A stretch of 64,000 bases of DNA from Paraspadella gotoi. Its lineage: Eukaryota; Animalia; Chaetognatha. This document shows positions 11,906 through 25,988 of this stretch, in pieces. A program made the translations under genes and the position numbers. The notes below the pieces were generated by a model. That model worked only from the letters and a program-made list of their open reading frames with translations. It was not told the origin of the DNA and did no database searches. The stretch lies in the NCBI GenBank assembly GCA_051294375.1, contig CM119263.1, forward strand, positions 15,055,574-15,119,573, written 5' to 3'. Every line of letters starts with the position of its first letter. Positions within the stretch are counted from its first letter, which is position 1.

Positions 11906-13430
11906 CCAAAGCGTAAATGAAGTTCCTAATGAAGTTTTCTTTATTCCGCTCTTTTCTTTTTTCTTTTCTTTTCTCTTTCCTTTTCGGGCTTATGTTTCTT
12001 TTTACTTGTTTTTTTGTAACACGCAACTTTATTTTTGGTTATTCTCTCTCTCTCTCTCTTTCAAATGATGCGTCGTTTTGCATTCCTCACTTCTCTCTCT
12101 CTCTCTCTCTCATCTCTCTCACTCTCTCTCTCTTCTCTCTCTCTCCTCTCCCCTCCCTCCCCCCACGTCTTTTCACTTAAAAAAATCCCGCGTTATCTCC
12201 ACTCTATTTCATCGTCAATTACTGAGGCAGAGACGACTCTCCGTCTTGCATAATCAATTAAATACCGACGGATTTCCTTCTTTTTTTTCGTTTGAATAAT
12301 TACGCAGACTTTGCAGACATTTTCCGTCTTCCAAGTTACGTCCGCCATTAACCCGAGAACTCCCTCGGCCAATTTCTCAAGATGAGGCTGGCCTCTTCAA
12401 TAATTGATTCAAATGTAAAAAGTTCAAATCTTCGCGAATAAATTGACGTTGATCGAAGTCGATACAATACGACAAAGATAAACTTATAAAATTTATCTAA
12501 TCAAACATGGGCGGGTCGCTTTCTTCTGAAGTCAGAGTCTCACTTCGTAAAACAACAACAACAACTTTCCCGCCAACTCCCCAGTGAACTCACCTCGGAT
12601 CGCTTAAACGATTAATTAAAAATCGTTCTACCCCTTCGTTCTGGTTAACGGTTTTAACGGGGCCCAATTAACTCTCTCTCTTCCTCTCTCATCTCCTCGT
12701 CTCTCTCCTCCTGCTCTTCCCGTCTCTCTTCTCTCTCATCTCTCTCTCCTGTCTCTCTCTCTCTCTTCTCTTTTCTCTCCCTTTTCTCTCTCTTTCTCTC
12801 TCTCTTAAAAAAAAAATAATCAAGTTTCTTGCTTTCGTCTGCTTTTCTTTTTGATTCAAAATCCTTTTTAGTTTAAGGTTTTTTATTTTCATTCTTCATT
12901 TATCACTTCTCTTCTTCTCAATAGTTTGAGTTTTGATTTCTACTTTTTCTCATCAGTGATTTTTTCGACCTTTGTTTAATTTTTCGTAAATTAGTTTTCA
13001 CACTTTCATGATATAATAAATTTTGGGACACGGTTATGGTTTTTTCACTTCTTGATTTACTTCCCAATAATTTGAATGAAAAAGTTAGGTACAAATTAAA
13101 TTCATAAGAATTAAGATAAGCCGATCGACATGTTGCGTTTTTTTTAAACAAAAATGTTACTGACATCAACAACAACGTTATCGTTTTCCTTCCCGTCATC
13201 ACATGCCCACATTCACACCTTCCCTTATTCTCTGATTTGTTTCACAATTTATTGTATCTAGGTAATCTTCACAATATCACAATTCCTCCGTCTCACTTTC
13301 TACGAAACAACACGTTTTCTCTCTTCTACAGTCATCACAACCACAACACATTATCTCCACCAACACTTCCAAGTTCCAACAGAAAAATCGCGTTCATCCT
13401 TCATCGACGAAGTTGGTGGAGTCGAGACGA

Positions 13431-13549
<119 letters not shown>

Positions 13550-14427
13550 TTTTTTCTCCCAACGACGCCATCAGCGGAAAAATGAGGATAGAAAAAGAGG
13601 AAAGGAAACAAAGGAGCAAGAAGAAAAGAAGGGATAAAAGAGAAAGCGGAGAAAAAAGGAAATAAAAAAGAAAAAAGAAAAAGGATGCAAAGACGAAGGA
13701 AAGAAAATATAAGCGAACGGAGAAATTAAGCGTAAGAAATTAGTAATTAAGGATTAAAATATACGTAAAAGCAAAAGAGAAAGAAGTATATAGGTCGTAG
13801 GTAGAGACTAAACTAAACGGAAAAAGAAATGAGAAAACCTTTCCTAAAAATAAAGAAGAAAACATCCAAAAGCAAAAAAAGAAAAAAGAAAAAAAAAAGA
13901 AAGAAAAACGCAGCGAGGAAGGAAATGAGAAAGACGACGACGACGACTAAAGGAAAACCCAAATTGTAAGAGAAATAAGAAAAGGAAAAGAAAGGGGAAA
14001 AATAAGTACAAAGGTAAAAAACGGTTCCGATGTAAAGGATCCACATCCAATGTCGTCGTCGTCGTCGTCTTCCGCGTCGTCGTCGTTGTCGTCGTCGTCG
14101 TCGTCGTCGCCGAGAATGAGGTCGTTTTTTTCGGGGATGACCCGTTGTCGATCAACGTCACCTTTAGACCCGGGCCATCTTTTCCTTTCCCCCGCCGGTC
14201 ATTCGAGCGGGTATGACAGGACGGGTACGTATGACACGCCCAGTGTCGACATGATCACTCGACTTTGCTGCGTACGGACGTCCATCGTCAGGTCGTACGA
14301 CCGGTAGAGCGGACACGACGTTCTATGACTTCTAATATTTCCTTTCCCCGCCGGTCAATTTGATCGTGTGCTGACACGTCCATGGACGCGCCATCGAAGC
14401 GCGTTTCTCCTCCTTCTCTCCTCTCAT

Positions 14428-14486
<59 letters not shown>

Positions 14487-16791
14487 TCTGCCTCTCTCTC
14501 TTTTCTCTCTCTCTTTTCTCTCTCTCTCTCCTATCCTCTCTCTCTCTCTCTCTCTCTCTTTCTTCCTCTCTCTCTATCTCTCTCTCTCATGGGCGTTGGT
14601 CGCCACAATCGGACCGAGCACCGCGAGACGACCAAAAGGGCCTTCCCCTCTCCTTTCGCTCCTCTCTTCTCTCTTACCGCGGTCGCAAGCAAGGTCGGAG
14701 AGTCCATCCGCGTCCCCAGCTGACTCTCGAAAACATGAGCGAGATCTCTTCCTTTCTCTACTCTACGGCGCGATCGTCGCGGGCTCTCGGGTCCCGAAAG
14801 ATCCGCACAAAATACCGCTTGACTATGTCTCTCTCTCTCTCTCTAAGTTTCTTGCCTTTACTATTTTTATTATTTTCTCGAGCTTTTTTAATGGTTACCA
14901 ATGCTGTTAGAATAACTCAGTTACATCACATCTCACAAATGCCTGCTCTGACTCTTTTTCTCTCTCTCTTTTTAAGTTTTTCGCTTTCTCGATTTTTTTA
15001 ATTATTTTCTCGCTGCCCTTTTTAAACATGTTTACAATGTTATCAATAAAATTCACACTTTTAAAAATTTAAAAACTATTTGACAAAAATACTTCATGAG
15101 GAAGGCTCGCTGATATTTTTATGTGAGATACCCTGCAGAATTTCTTTTAGCTAATTTTTTCTAGCTGAAAAAGAATAAAGCATATATATTAAAATATTGC
15201 TTCCCAATCGCCAAAATATGATCATTTCAACTTTGATAAACAATCTTCCTTCTACACCTTATCAAGATGTACTAACTATAGGCTTTTATTCACTTTTAAA
15301 GTCTCAAATCCTGTATGAAAATTAAAACATTTATTGCAAGAGCAGTTGAAATTTATTTATTTATAATGAAGCATTTTTTTGTCGTCTTCTCTTTTCTATG
15401 GACATTACTATGCCAGCAGAAACATAATATAAGACATTAACATCATTCTTTTTCATAAGTAATATATTTCAGACAAGATCTTTCCTTTTTTCTAATATCT
15501 AATTTTTCTTACAATTATTTTTTTCCTGCTCGGCAAAAAAAAATGAGTTTAATGAATCGCCATCTTGTACAGCAAGGACTATTCTGAAAACTATTATTAG
15601 ATATATTACATGTTAAAATAAACTTATTTTTCGATGCTTTAATTTATGCTATAAACTGCTCAGCAAGTGGTAAGTCTGGAGAGACCATCGTATTAAGGAA
15701 CTTTTGTGTACTTTCTACGCCCCGCAATAAGGCGCAGCAGCAGTGATCGAACTGCCGAACAATCTCGTAAACCACTGTCAGAATCCCAGACAAAAGACAA
15801 AGTTTAACACCTTGAACCATTGACTTTGACGAAGCAATGTAAAGTAGAGAATCACAAAATTCAAAAAATTTCAATAATTTTTATTGTGCTTAAAATTTCT
15901 ACTTTGACCGACCGGGGGGCGGTTTTGCCCGCGTTTTTTTGAACAAACTTCCTAAATTATTTATTTAAACATTTTATTTAAAAATTATTACCCGACATTA
16001 CCCTAACCATTCGCTCAAATGCTAATTGTTATTTCTCGTCTCTCTCCTCTCTCTCCTCCTCTCTCTCCTCTCTCTCACCTTTCACCAAATTTCACCTTCT
16101 TTTCACCACTTATTCCAATCTTAGCCATTAACTAAGATCTGTCCTCTTATATCTGCACCACTCTAATCTCTCTCAATCTTTGTTGGAACTTAACCTACTA
16201 TCTCTCTCTCTCATTTTTCTTTTAACTCACCAAATCTATCCCCAATTCATTCACAACTCGTTAATAAGCGCTTATGCTAGAACTCCGACAATATGCTCTG
16301 CATTTAATATAATAAACCGTCTGTAACCATTAAAAATTCTTTGTAAATTTTTATTTTTAAAAAGTTATGGATTCTTATGGCATATATTCCATATATGTTT
16401 TCCTATGCCCATTGACTGATTTTTCCATGAGAATGATAAATTTCTCCCTAAAATTCTGAGCTGAGTGAAGAACCCGCGACAAAGAGGCAGCGAAAGGAGA
16501 GAGGATGAGCAGAAAGAGAAGGCAAGAGAATCCTCTCCTTCCGCGACGGAAGACGCAGCGTAATCTAGGACGCGGAACCTTACTCCGCCGCCGATGGAAT
16601 AGTCCGCGGCTGAGTCGCGGCTGGACCAATCAGCGTCCGAGATAGTTGCGAGGGAAGTCAACCATTATGCCTCCTCTCTCTCTCTCCTCTCCTCTCTTTC
16701 TCTCTCTCTTCTCTCACTTTCTTCTCCGTCTACTCTCCTCTCCTCTCTCTTCTCTCTCTCTCTCTCTCTACTATACGTCTCTTCTCTCCTC

Positions 16792-16850
<59 letters not shown>

Positions 16851-17231
16851 TCTATCTCCTCCTCCATCTTCTCTCTATCCTCTCTTCTCTCTATCTCTCT
16901 CTCTATCTCTCTCGATTCTCTCTATCTCTCTCTCTCTCTCTATCTCTCTCTCCTCCTCTTCTTGCTCTCTCTCTCTATCTCTTGGCCGTCAGCATCGTCG
17001 GCGTCATGAATGTCCATATCTCGTATCCACCATCTCCGGCCATTTCTGCCCGCCGGAACAAAACTACGTCCGTCATATCTCAAATCTTCTTGCATTTTTT
17101 TCCCTTTTATTTTCTTTCGTGGTTTTCATATAACTCGATTCTTTCTTTTTCATTTCTCGATTTCGTCGTAGGATTTCCTGTCGAAACGAAAAACTGAAAT
17201 GTCGTCTGAAAAACAATTTTTTTTCTTTTAA

Positions 17232-18383
17232 GGGGACCAAGTGGCAAGAGGCAGTATAAAGCTGAAAGCATAACATTTAGGAAAGTAGAAGCCTATATAA
17301 AAAAAAGGACACCCAAAAATATTATGAAAAAAAATCAAGTTAGATTGCTTTAAAATGAAAGATATTATGAGTGAATAATACTCATGGAAAACTAAACTAT
17401 TGGTATAAATTTAGTTAATATGTAGCTTTTTATTATAAAGCAGTGATTTTTTAAAAGTAACTATCAGGTTACAACTACTAAATACTCAAACAGAATATCA
17501 GAGCAAAAAAAATTAAGGCATTTTTATCAACTAAAATGACAAATGTTTTGACCACTTGTCTTTCAGGAGCTATAGGTCTTAAATCCTTAAACACTTTTTT
17601 TTAACTTGTACATATAGATTTTTCATTTCAAAATCTATATTCAGCATTCATAATTTTTTTAAAAATGTGCGTAAAATGAGTGCAACTTAAGTTTAAAAAG
17701 TATTCTTTTTTTGCATAAGACTGTAGTAAAAAAATATAATGATGATAAGCTCGTTTAATTTTTAAAAAAAAATTGGTATAAAAAAAAATCCTTTTCAAGT
17801 CTTAATTTTTTTTATGAAAAAAGGTAAGATCTAATTTTAAAAAGCTTTTTAGCTTTTACTATAAAAATTTATTAAAAAAAATTAGGAATTAATAAAAATT
17901 TAAATTATCGACTGATTTTATTTAAATTTTCTATTAATTCTGTTAATTAAATAAAAATAAAGCCTTTAAAATATTATAAATAAAAAAAAGAAAAGTTCTA
18001 TATTTTTTTTAAGTTTTAAATTATTATAAGTAGGAATCAATATACTTCATTAATATTTTTAAAGGATGAATATAAATATTAATTGATAGTTATTATAGTT
18101 TTGTTTCTATAAGAAAAGAATTTAAGTTTGATTTTCCTACTTTTAAATATATATAAAAATTTAAAAAAATTAATCTTGTAAAGCTTTTGTTCAACAAGGC
18201 TAAAACCTAAAATTTTAACTTTGTATAATAAAAAATAAAAATTTAGAATAAGTAAAGAATATTTTCTGTTGCCAAAAATATAATATTTTATGATATTAAA
18301 AAGAAATTAATGACTATCACTATTTAAATTTCTTTGATGATAGACCTTTAAACTTATGATATCATTTTTATCACTTGGTTCCC
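17232..18383. mobile_element. Non-autonomous Kolobok-type DNA transposon (diverged copy)
   Basis: TTAA|GGGGACCAAGTG at the left end, CACTTGGTTCCC|taaa at the right end. AT-rich interior; ~17780-18383 aligns to ~57725-58470 (ggtaagatctaatttt, tatcgactgattttatttaa, cttatgatatcatttt). Confidence 0.8.
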
Positions 18384-20632
18384 TAAAGAGAAAAAAGGAA
18401 CAACTCGTTTTGGAATAAAAGGCGAAAAAAGAAGAGCATCTCAATCTGAACTAAGTACGATCGTACTTTCCAGTAAAAATTGTGAGATTATCGACGTGGA
18501 AAAAAATCAAAATCAAAACAAGCGCTAATAGTTAGAAAACAGCGTAAAAAAAGAATAAATAGATAAAGTAAAGAAAAGGAACAAGAAATAAAAGAATGAA
18601 AAGAAAGAGAGTTAGATAAAAAAAACTGCAAACGAATGAGGCCGCGCCATAAAACGAAGGGGAAAAATATGATGCAGAATAAATAGGGCGTTGCCATCAG
18701 CGTTGTCTGCATTTCTTTGCTTGGCTTTGCTTTGCTTTGCTTTGCTATGCGTTACTCCGCATTTTCCCCCCTCTGGCATCGAGTTTGAAAGAAAGAAGTC
18801 CTTCCGCTCGATTTCCCCGCGAATCTTTCCGATCATTTCTTCTCCTCTTCGTCCCAATTGATTTTCCTTCGTAATTCGTTTATGATTGAAGCGAAATGAT
18901 TCCTTTATTTCATTGGAGGCACGATGGAGCGGGCGGATTCATTTCCAAAACAATTTCTCACTTGATAAAGTTGACATGGTCCTTCTCTCTCTTTCTCTCT
19001 CTGTCTCTCTCTATCTATCAATCTCTCTCTCTCTCTCTCTCTCTCTCATCTCTCGTCTCTCTCTCTCTGCTCTCTCTCACACCTCACATGTCCATCTTCC
19101 TCGAGAACTAAATCATACCACCCGACTCTGTAACGCTGCAGAAAGCCATAACTCATCTCCGCGGCTGTTTCCCGCGGCTCAATCTCACTCCTCTCTCTCT
19201 CCCTCCTCTCTCTATCTCTCATCTCTCATCTCTCATCACCTCGTCTCTCTCTCTTCATCTCTCTCCCCCGGGCTATATTTTTTTCTTAATCAATTTTTTT
19301 CCCCATTTACTTCACGAAGTCTTGTGTCTTTATGAAATAGCACGCATCCACGTTTCGCACGTAAAAGTTTTTTGCACGCTAGCAAGACAAGAACCCCATC
19401 TTGCTATATATAACAATGTTTATAAGACTGCGAAGGAGGAAAGGAGAAAAAAAAATCCCTATCGCCTCGTCACGTGCAAACACACGCAAACCGAGGTTCC
19501 GAGATTTTCTGATACACGCAAATACCGCTTCGCATCAAAACCGATCACGGAATTGCCCCTCCTCGTCATGAGTCTGGTCCAGTGCAACAAATAAGTTGTC
19601 GGTCAAATACGATCAAGTATTTCGTCGCACATGAGACTCGTCCATATATATCTAATAATATTATCTATACTATTATACGTAATTATGTATACTATTTTAT
19701 CTTTATTTATTCTCAGTCGTACGCTCTCTAATCTCCATCAACTCACAATCGCAACTCAGCCCTTAGCAACGCAACAAGGAAGCAACTCTTCGTCCGGCCG
19801 GCGCGGCTTCATCCCGACGTGCCGCTCATGCGTCGTCCGGTGAATGCGCAAACAGGCGTGCAAAATCCGCGTGCGAAAACGCGCGAGAAATGCGCGCGCG
19901 GCGGAAGACTAATGATTCGCGTCGTCCCTCGTCTGGTTTTAATCGAATTCCCTCAACTGCATCATAAACTACGAGAGTAGAAAAAAATGTAGAAACCGAA
20001 GTGGTTAAGAGAAGAGAGGAGGGAAAAAGTGGTGGACGGGATTGGTCAAGTTGGAGAAAGATAATAGGAATATAGAAAAGAGATAAACGGAAGGTAAGAG
20101 AAAAGATGAGTAACAGACTTCCTGTGGAGAAACTTACACGATTTCGAATGAAAATAATAAAATAAGTCACTGTATTGGCAAAAAGATAGAGAAGTAAAAG
20201 ATATTTGGTTTTTGATAAATAAATTAAAAATGGATTGCTATTATTTCAAATATGATTTTGATATTTTTTTATGCTACTAAGTGATATTTTGTTTTTTTCT
20301 CCGTCTCTTTTCTATAAATTTCGTTGAGTTCCTCCAACTATTGCCATTACTTTCGCGCATTTATCTCAGCAGAACATCTGTTCAAACAGAAAAGGCACAG
20401 AATAGACTTCCCCCTTTTCTTCGTCTTCCTCTTTTTTTTTCTTTTCTCTCTCTTCGTCTCCTTCCTCTTTTTTCTTTTTTTTGGATAAAAAAAATGGGAG
20501 AAAAGTCTTAGAATTCAACTGAAAGCAAAGTTTATTTTTGGAAAGGAAATCGCCGGGACGTTGGGCCGAGAAGAAAAGAAAGAAGAGAAAGAGAAAAAAA
20601 GGGGAGGAGATGGGGGTCATGGTTGGAGGGGA

Positions 20633-20749
<117 letters not shown>

Positions 20750-21703
20750 AAAAATACGATGGAGCGAGAAAAAAGGAGAGACCCAAAAATGGATCACAGG
20801 CAGGCGTTAAACGGTAAACAGTTTGATGAGCAGGAAAACGGATGAAGGAGAATTGGATCAACAGTAGATTAAGAACAGTGGAAACAGTAGATTAAGAACA
20901 GTGGAAACAAACAGAACGTATAGAAACTGACGGCCAGGAAACAGAAAAACGAAAGAAACTACAGATCCAGTTGAACGTTAAATAATAAACAGTTAGTAGA
21001 AACATACGCGGCCGACTAGTTAATTGATTAAAATAAATTCGAAATCGAAAAAAAAGGAAAAAATCTCATTAATGAGATTGAATTTCTCCATTTTCCAGAT
21101 GGCTGTTGACTGCTCTTCAAAATGGGAACTTAAAAATAAATAAGATTAAAACGATAAAAACTAAACTTGCGCATAAATACTAAATATTTATCCGAAATAG
21201 ATTCTTTAGTTTATCAGAGATTCCTCAGTTTTTTCTCTTTTTGTTTACACTTTAACTTTATCTTCTTTTCACTTTTTATCAGCACTTCCAATATTTTATT
21301 TCCGTTGTAAACATTCTTTAATAAGTTTCCTGCCATTCCCCATATTCCTCGAGTGAAAAAAAAAGAATGTTGTCTCCTCGCGCGCGCGAAGCCCCGCTTC
21401 ACGATCCATTTGTCTTCATCCGCGAGATGAAATAGTTCCTTACCATCCTCCAAACCGCGGTTCAAGAGTTTAAAGCAAAAAAAATGAGAATAAGTAAAAA
21501 AAGATGGTGACAAATTTTAGTTAAAAAAAAATTGAGTGAAAATCGATTGAGAAAAAGAAGACGATGAATCACAGAAACTTTTGGTAAAAACGAAGATTTG
21601 GGGTCACTCATGTTTATTAGGTTGAGCTCGGTGAAAGTCTGAGGTTACAAATAACATCCCTCAGGAAAGATTTGTGGTTACAGATGTGTAGGGACGGAGG
21701 CTC

Positions 21704-21705
21704 GA

Positions 21706-21777
<72 letters not shown>

Positions 21778-21809
21778 GAGAAAGAAAGAAAGAAAGAAAT
21801 AAAGAAATA

Positions 21810-21857
<48 letters not shown>

Positions 21858-21858
21858 A
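21704..21858. repeat. (AAAG)n microsatellite
   Basis: Tetranucleotide run with a few interruptions. Confidence 0.95.
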
Positions 21859-23026
21859 AACAAAATTTGAAGAGTTTAGGCGGAGCTTTACTTGGACTGG
21901 TACCAACTGAAAGGGCAGAAATCCGAGAGACGCATTTTACCGCTCCTGAATTGTGGTCGAAATTCTGCCCCAAATAATCTTCTTAAATATCACAAGAAAT
22001 ATTCTATCCTACTCTTTTTTCTTTATTATTCTTTCTAAAGGGTGGTCGTTCGGGAGGAATTTTTACTAAAACCTCGCGGTTCCTAAGTTTCTTCTTTTCT
22101 CCAATTTTTTTGCGTATAACACGAAGAAATATAAGGCCGACAGTTAAAATTTCGCAGCATCAACTAGCAAAAAAAGGTAAGTTATCCAAGTCCCAAGTAA
22201 AAAACTAAATAAAGCTAGTCAAAAGCGAAATCTTTGACAATGTTGGAGATCGAGTTTCTCTTGACTTTTCCATCAGAAATGACACGAAGATCGAATATCG
22301 AATATCAAAGGAAAAGTCGGAGGAGTTCAATTTGATTTTTCAAACAATGTCAATGAATCTTTTCTCAATTTGGGAAGAAAATGAAAAAAAAAATCGGATA
22401 TGGGAAAATATTCCCCGACGACGATTTGCGAAACTCGAATATGAAAATTCCTATTCTTTCCGCGTCCGCTTGTTTGTCTTATACTTTGCGGGGGGGAGGA
22501 AAGAAAGAGTAAAGCAAATGAGACAAATTTTAAAAAAACTACATGACAGACAACAAAGGGGGATGAAAATAAAGAAAAAAAANNNNNNNNNNNNNNNNNN
22601 NNNNNNNNNNNNNNNNNNNNNNNNNNNNNNNNNNNNNNNNNNNNNNNNNNNNNNNNNNNNNNNNNNNNNNNNNNNNNNNNNNNNNNNNNNNNNNNNNNNN
22701 NNNNNNNNNNNNNNNNNNNNNNNNNNNNNNNNNNNNNNNNNNNNNNNNNNNNNNNNNNNNNNNNNNNNNNNNNNNNNNNNNNNNNNNNNNNNNNNNNNNN
22801 NNNNNNNNNNNNNNNNNNNNNNNNNNNNNNNNNNNNNNNNNNNNNNNNNNNNTTTTTTTTTTTACTTTCTCTTCCCATCCTCCTTATTTCCTCTCCTTTT
22901 TTTTCCTTCTTCGCTATGTTTTCCTGAGAAACATTTCAAAGATTTATTTCTTCTTCAATGTTTTTTGGGTCGAACGAAGCGAAAACGAGAGGTTGAAGCG
23001 AAGGATGAGGGAAGAGGAGAGAGGGG

Positions 23027-23105
<79 letters not shown>

Positions 23106-23394
23106 GATTGGAAAGAAGAGAGAACAGAAAGAGACAGAAGAGAGGAGATACGTATGGAGACAAAAGTAGAAAAATGAAGGAAGAAGAAAATAAAGACTGA
23201 TAATCGGAAGAAAGGAAGAAAGAAAGAAAGAAAGAAGAAAGAAAGAAAGAAGACAAGAAGAATAAAGGAAATAAAGAAAGAAAGAATGAAAAGAAAAGAA
23301 GAAAGAAAAAAAAGAAAGTATGCAAAACAAAACAAACAAAACAGCAAGCTAAAAGTAAAGTAAGCAATCAAGCAAGCGAGAGAGCGCGAGAGAA

Positions 23395-23561
<167 letters not shown>

Positions 23562-24229
23562 CAGAGAGACCTAGAGAGAGATTGAGAGAGCGTTTCGCTG
23601 TGTCTCCCACCTTCGGATCGAGTGGGACGCAAAAGTAGGCAAACAACCATAAAAAATCCCGTTGGTGTCAAGAGGACAGATCGGTGTCGTTAACTGCGTT
23701 CTCGCTCTATCAGCTTCGGCTCGTTGTAGGGGATCGCCAGTTCTCATGGTTTTGTAATTCAATCTTGGAGTTCGTGTTTGGTTATTATTAGAAAAATGGC
23801 AGTTCTATTGATTGACTAAGATACTTAATAAATCAGAAGCTAGGGGATGAGATCTCGAAACCTTCGAGGTCAATTCAAATTTAATGAGGCATAAATTGAG
23901 TTTCGTTCGGTATGTACAATGGACATTGGACTAGAGATAAGACAACCACCTACAGGGAAACATATTATTTTCTTTTCCGCGTAATGATGTTTTCCTTTAC
24001 TTCACTTTCCTTCTTCGTCTCTCGCGAAAGCGGAAGCCACTAGTCCCCCATCACGACGTTATCTTTTTTCGAGTACAGAACGCCATCTCCACTCACGCGA
24101 CGACCGTCGTCTTGAATCGAATGGCGACGCCATCTTGGCCGAAGCTTTTCCTGCGTGATGTTATATATTTGAGAGGCGGGCATCGTTTGGCCCGATAAAG
24201 CGTCGCCCCTTTTCCCGATAAAGCGTTAG

Positions 24230-24399
<170 letters not shown>

Positions 24400-25639
24400 C
24401 CGAATCGAATGACGCTGACTTTCGGAAGACGTGACGTCCGATAAATCGAAGTTTTTTTTCGGTTTTTTTTATCAGACGAAGAGAGAAAGGTCAAAGGATG
24501 GGTAGGGGAGATGCCTATCGGGTGAGTTTGTTGCGGAGTTTGGCCAATTAGAAATCCGATGACCGGAAGATACATTTTCTATTATAGATAAGATTCATTT
24601 CGTTTTTTCGACAACGTTGAGAATAACGAGTGAAGAAGCGAATCGGGATTGAATTCAAAATAAAGAAATCATAAGAGAAGAATGATTCGGAAATGAAAAA
24701 AAAAACATTTTGAAAGAGAAAAATAAGATAGAAAAAAGAATAAGAGATTATATAATTCAATCCTTTTTTTTATATTAAATCGACTAACTCTAAGATTCGT
24801 TTTCTTATTTCCTTGCCTTCTTCCTTCCTTTCTCCTTTCACAATTCGATTATTCCCTTATTTTTTCTTCAGCTTCGTTTTTTTTCGTTCAATCCTTTGTT
24901 CGCTTCTACGATTTGCGTTCCTGATTTATATTGAATGTAATTTTAGTTGTCGTCTGCATGAAAGGTCGTCGCCGTTGTCGTCGCCGTTGTCGTCGTCGTT
25001 GCCTCGTTGGTGTAAACAACATGAGCTGCGGAGTCGATGCTTTTCGGACTGAATTACGAAATCATTAAAGTCCGTTCAATTCTCTCTCTCTACACTTTTC
25101 TGTGCGCGAACTCGTGACTTCTTCCATCAACCGTTGACTTAGTTGTTGTTGTTGTAGTCCTCGTCGGTTTTTCTTTTGCTCTCCTCTTTGTCAACCTCGT
25201 CGCTTGAATTTTAAAAAAGAAGAAAAAAAAAGAGGAGGTAATTTTTCATTCTCATCCTTCCTTTCGATTCGCTAACCGCCAAGGTTATCATCTTCGTCGT
25301 ACTTCGCCGCGAATTCGTCCCTATTTTCGCCGTATTTTTCGTCGCCTCGTTCGTCGTACGAAGCAACAGGTGATCTCGTCTCCGGAACTCGTTTTTCTCA
25401 CGACCCAGAGAATTTCGTTGTTGTTGTTGTTGTACAAATTGTTTTTTTTTTTTTTGCCGTCGTCGTCGTCGTCTTCGTCTTCGTCTTCGTCTTCGTCTTC
25501 GTCTTCGTCTTCGTCTTCGTCTTCGTTGTCGTCGTCAACAATCTTTCTTCTCTCGTCTCGTAGCTTTCGTTACTGACTTATAAAATATTGTTTTTTTTTG
25601 TTGCTAATTAGCTCGGAATGTTACTTTTTAATACTTTTC

Positions 25640-25943
25640 GGCTTAAAAAAAAAAACTGTTTCCATACACAGAATCTTCCCAACACGGCGCTGTTAATGCT
25701 GCTAGTATGTACATTGTACATACTTTTATTTCTATATACTATATTGCGAAGGGTTTATTTCGTTTATCAAAGTCCTGGTCTTATTCGTCGTCGTTGTCTT
25801 CGTCTTCGTCGTTGTCTTCCGTAACGATTTCGACGTCGGGGTCATCTTCAATGTCGTTCACGAAGTCGTTAACAAACGTCGTCAGTATCTTCACCTGTCG
25901 AGTGGTTCGAGCGGACGTGAAAAACCTGTTCTTCTGCAGTACA

Positions 25944-25988
<45 letters not shown>

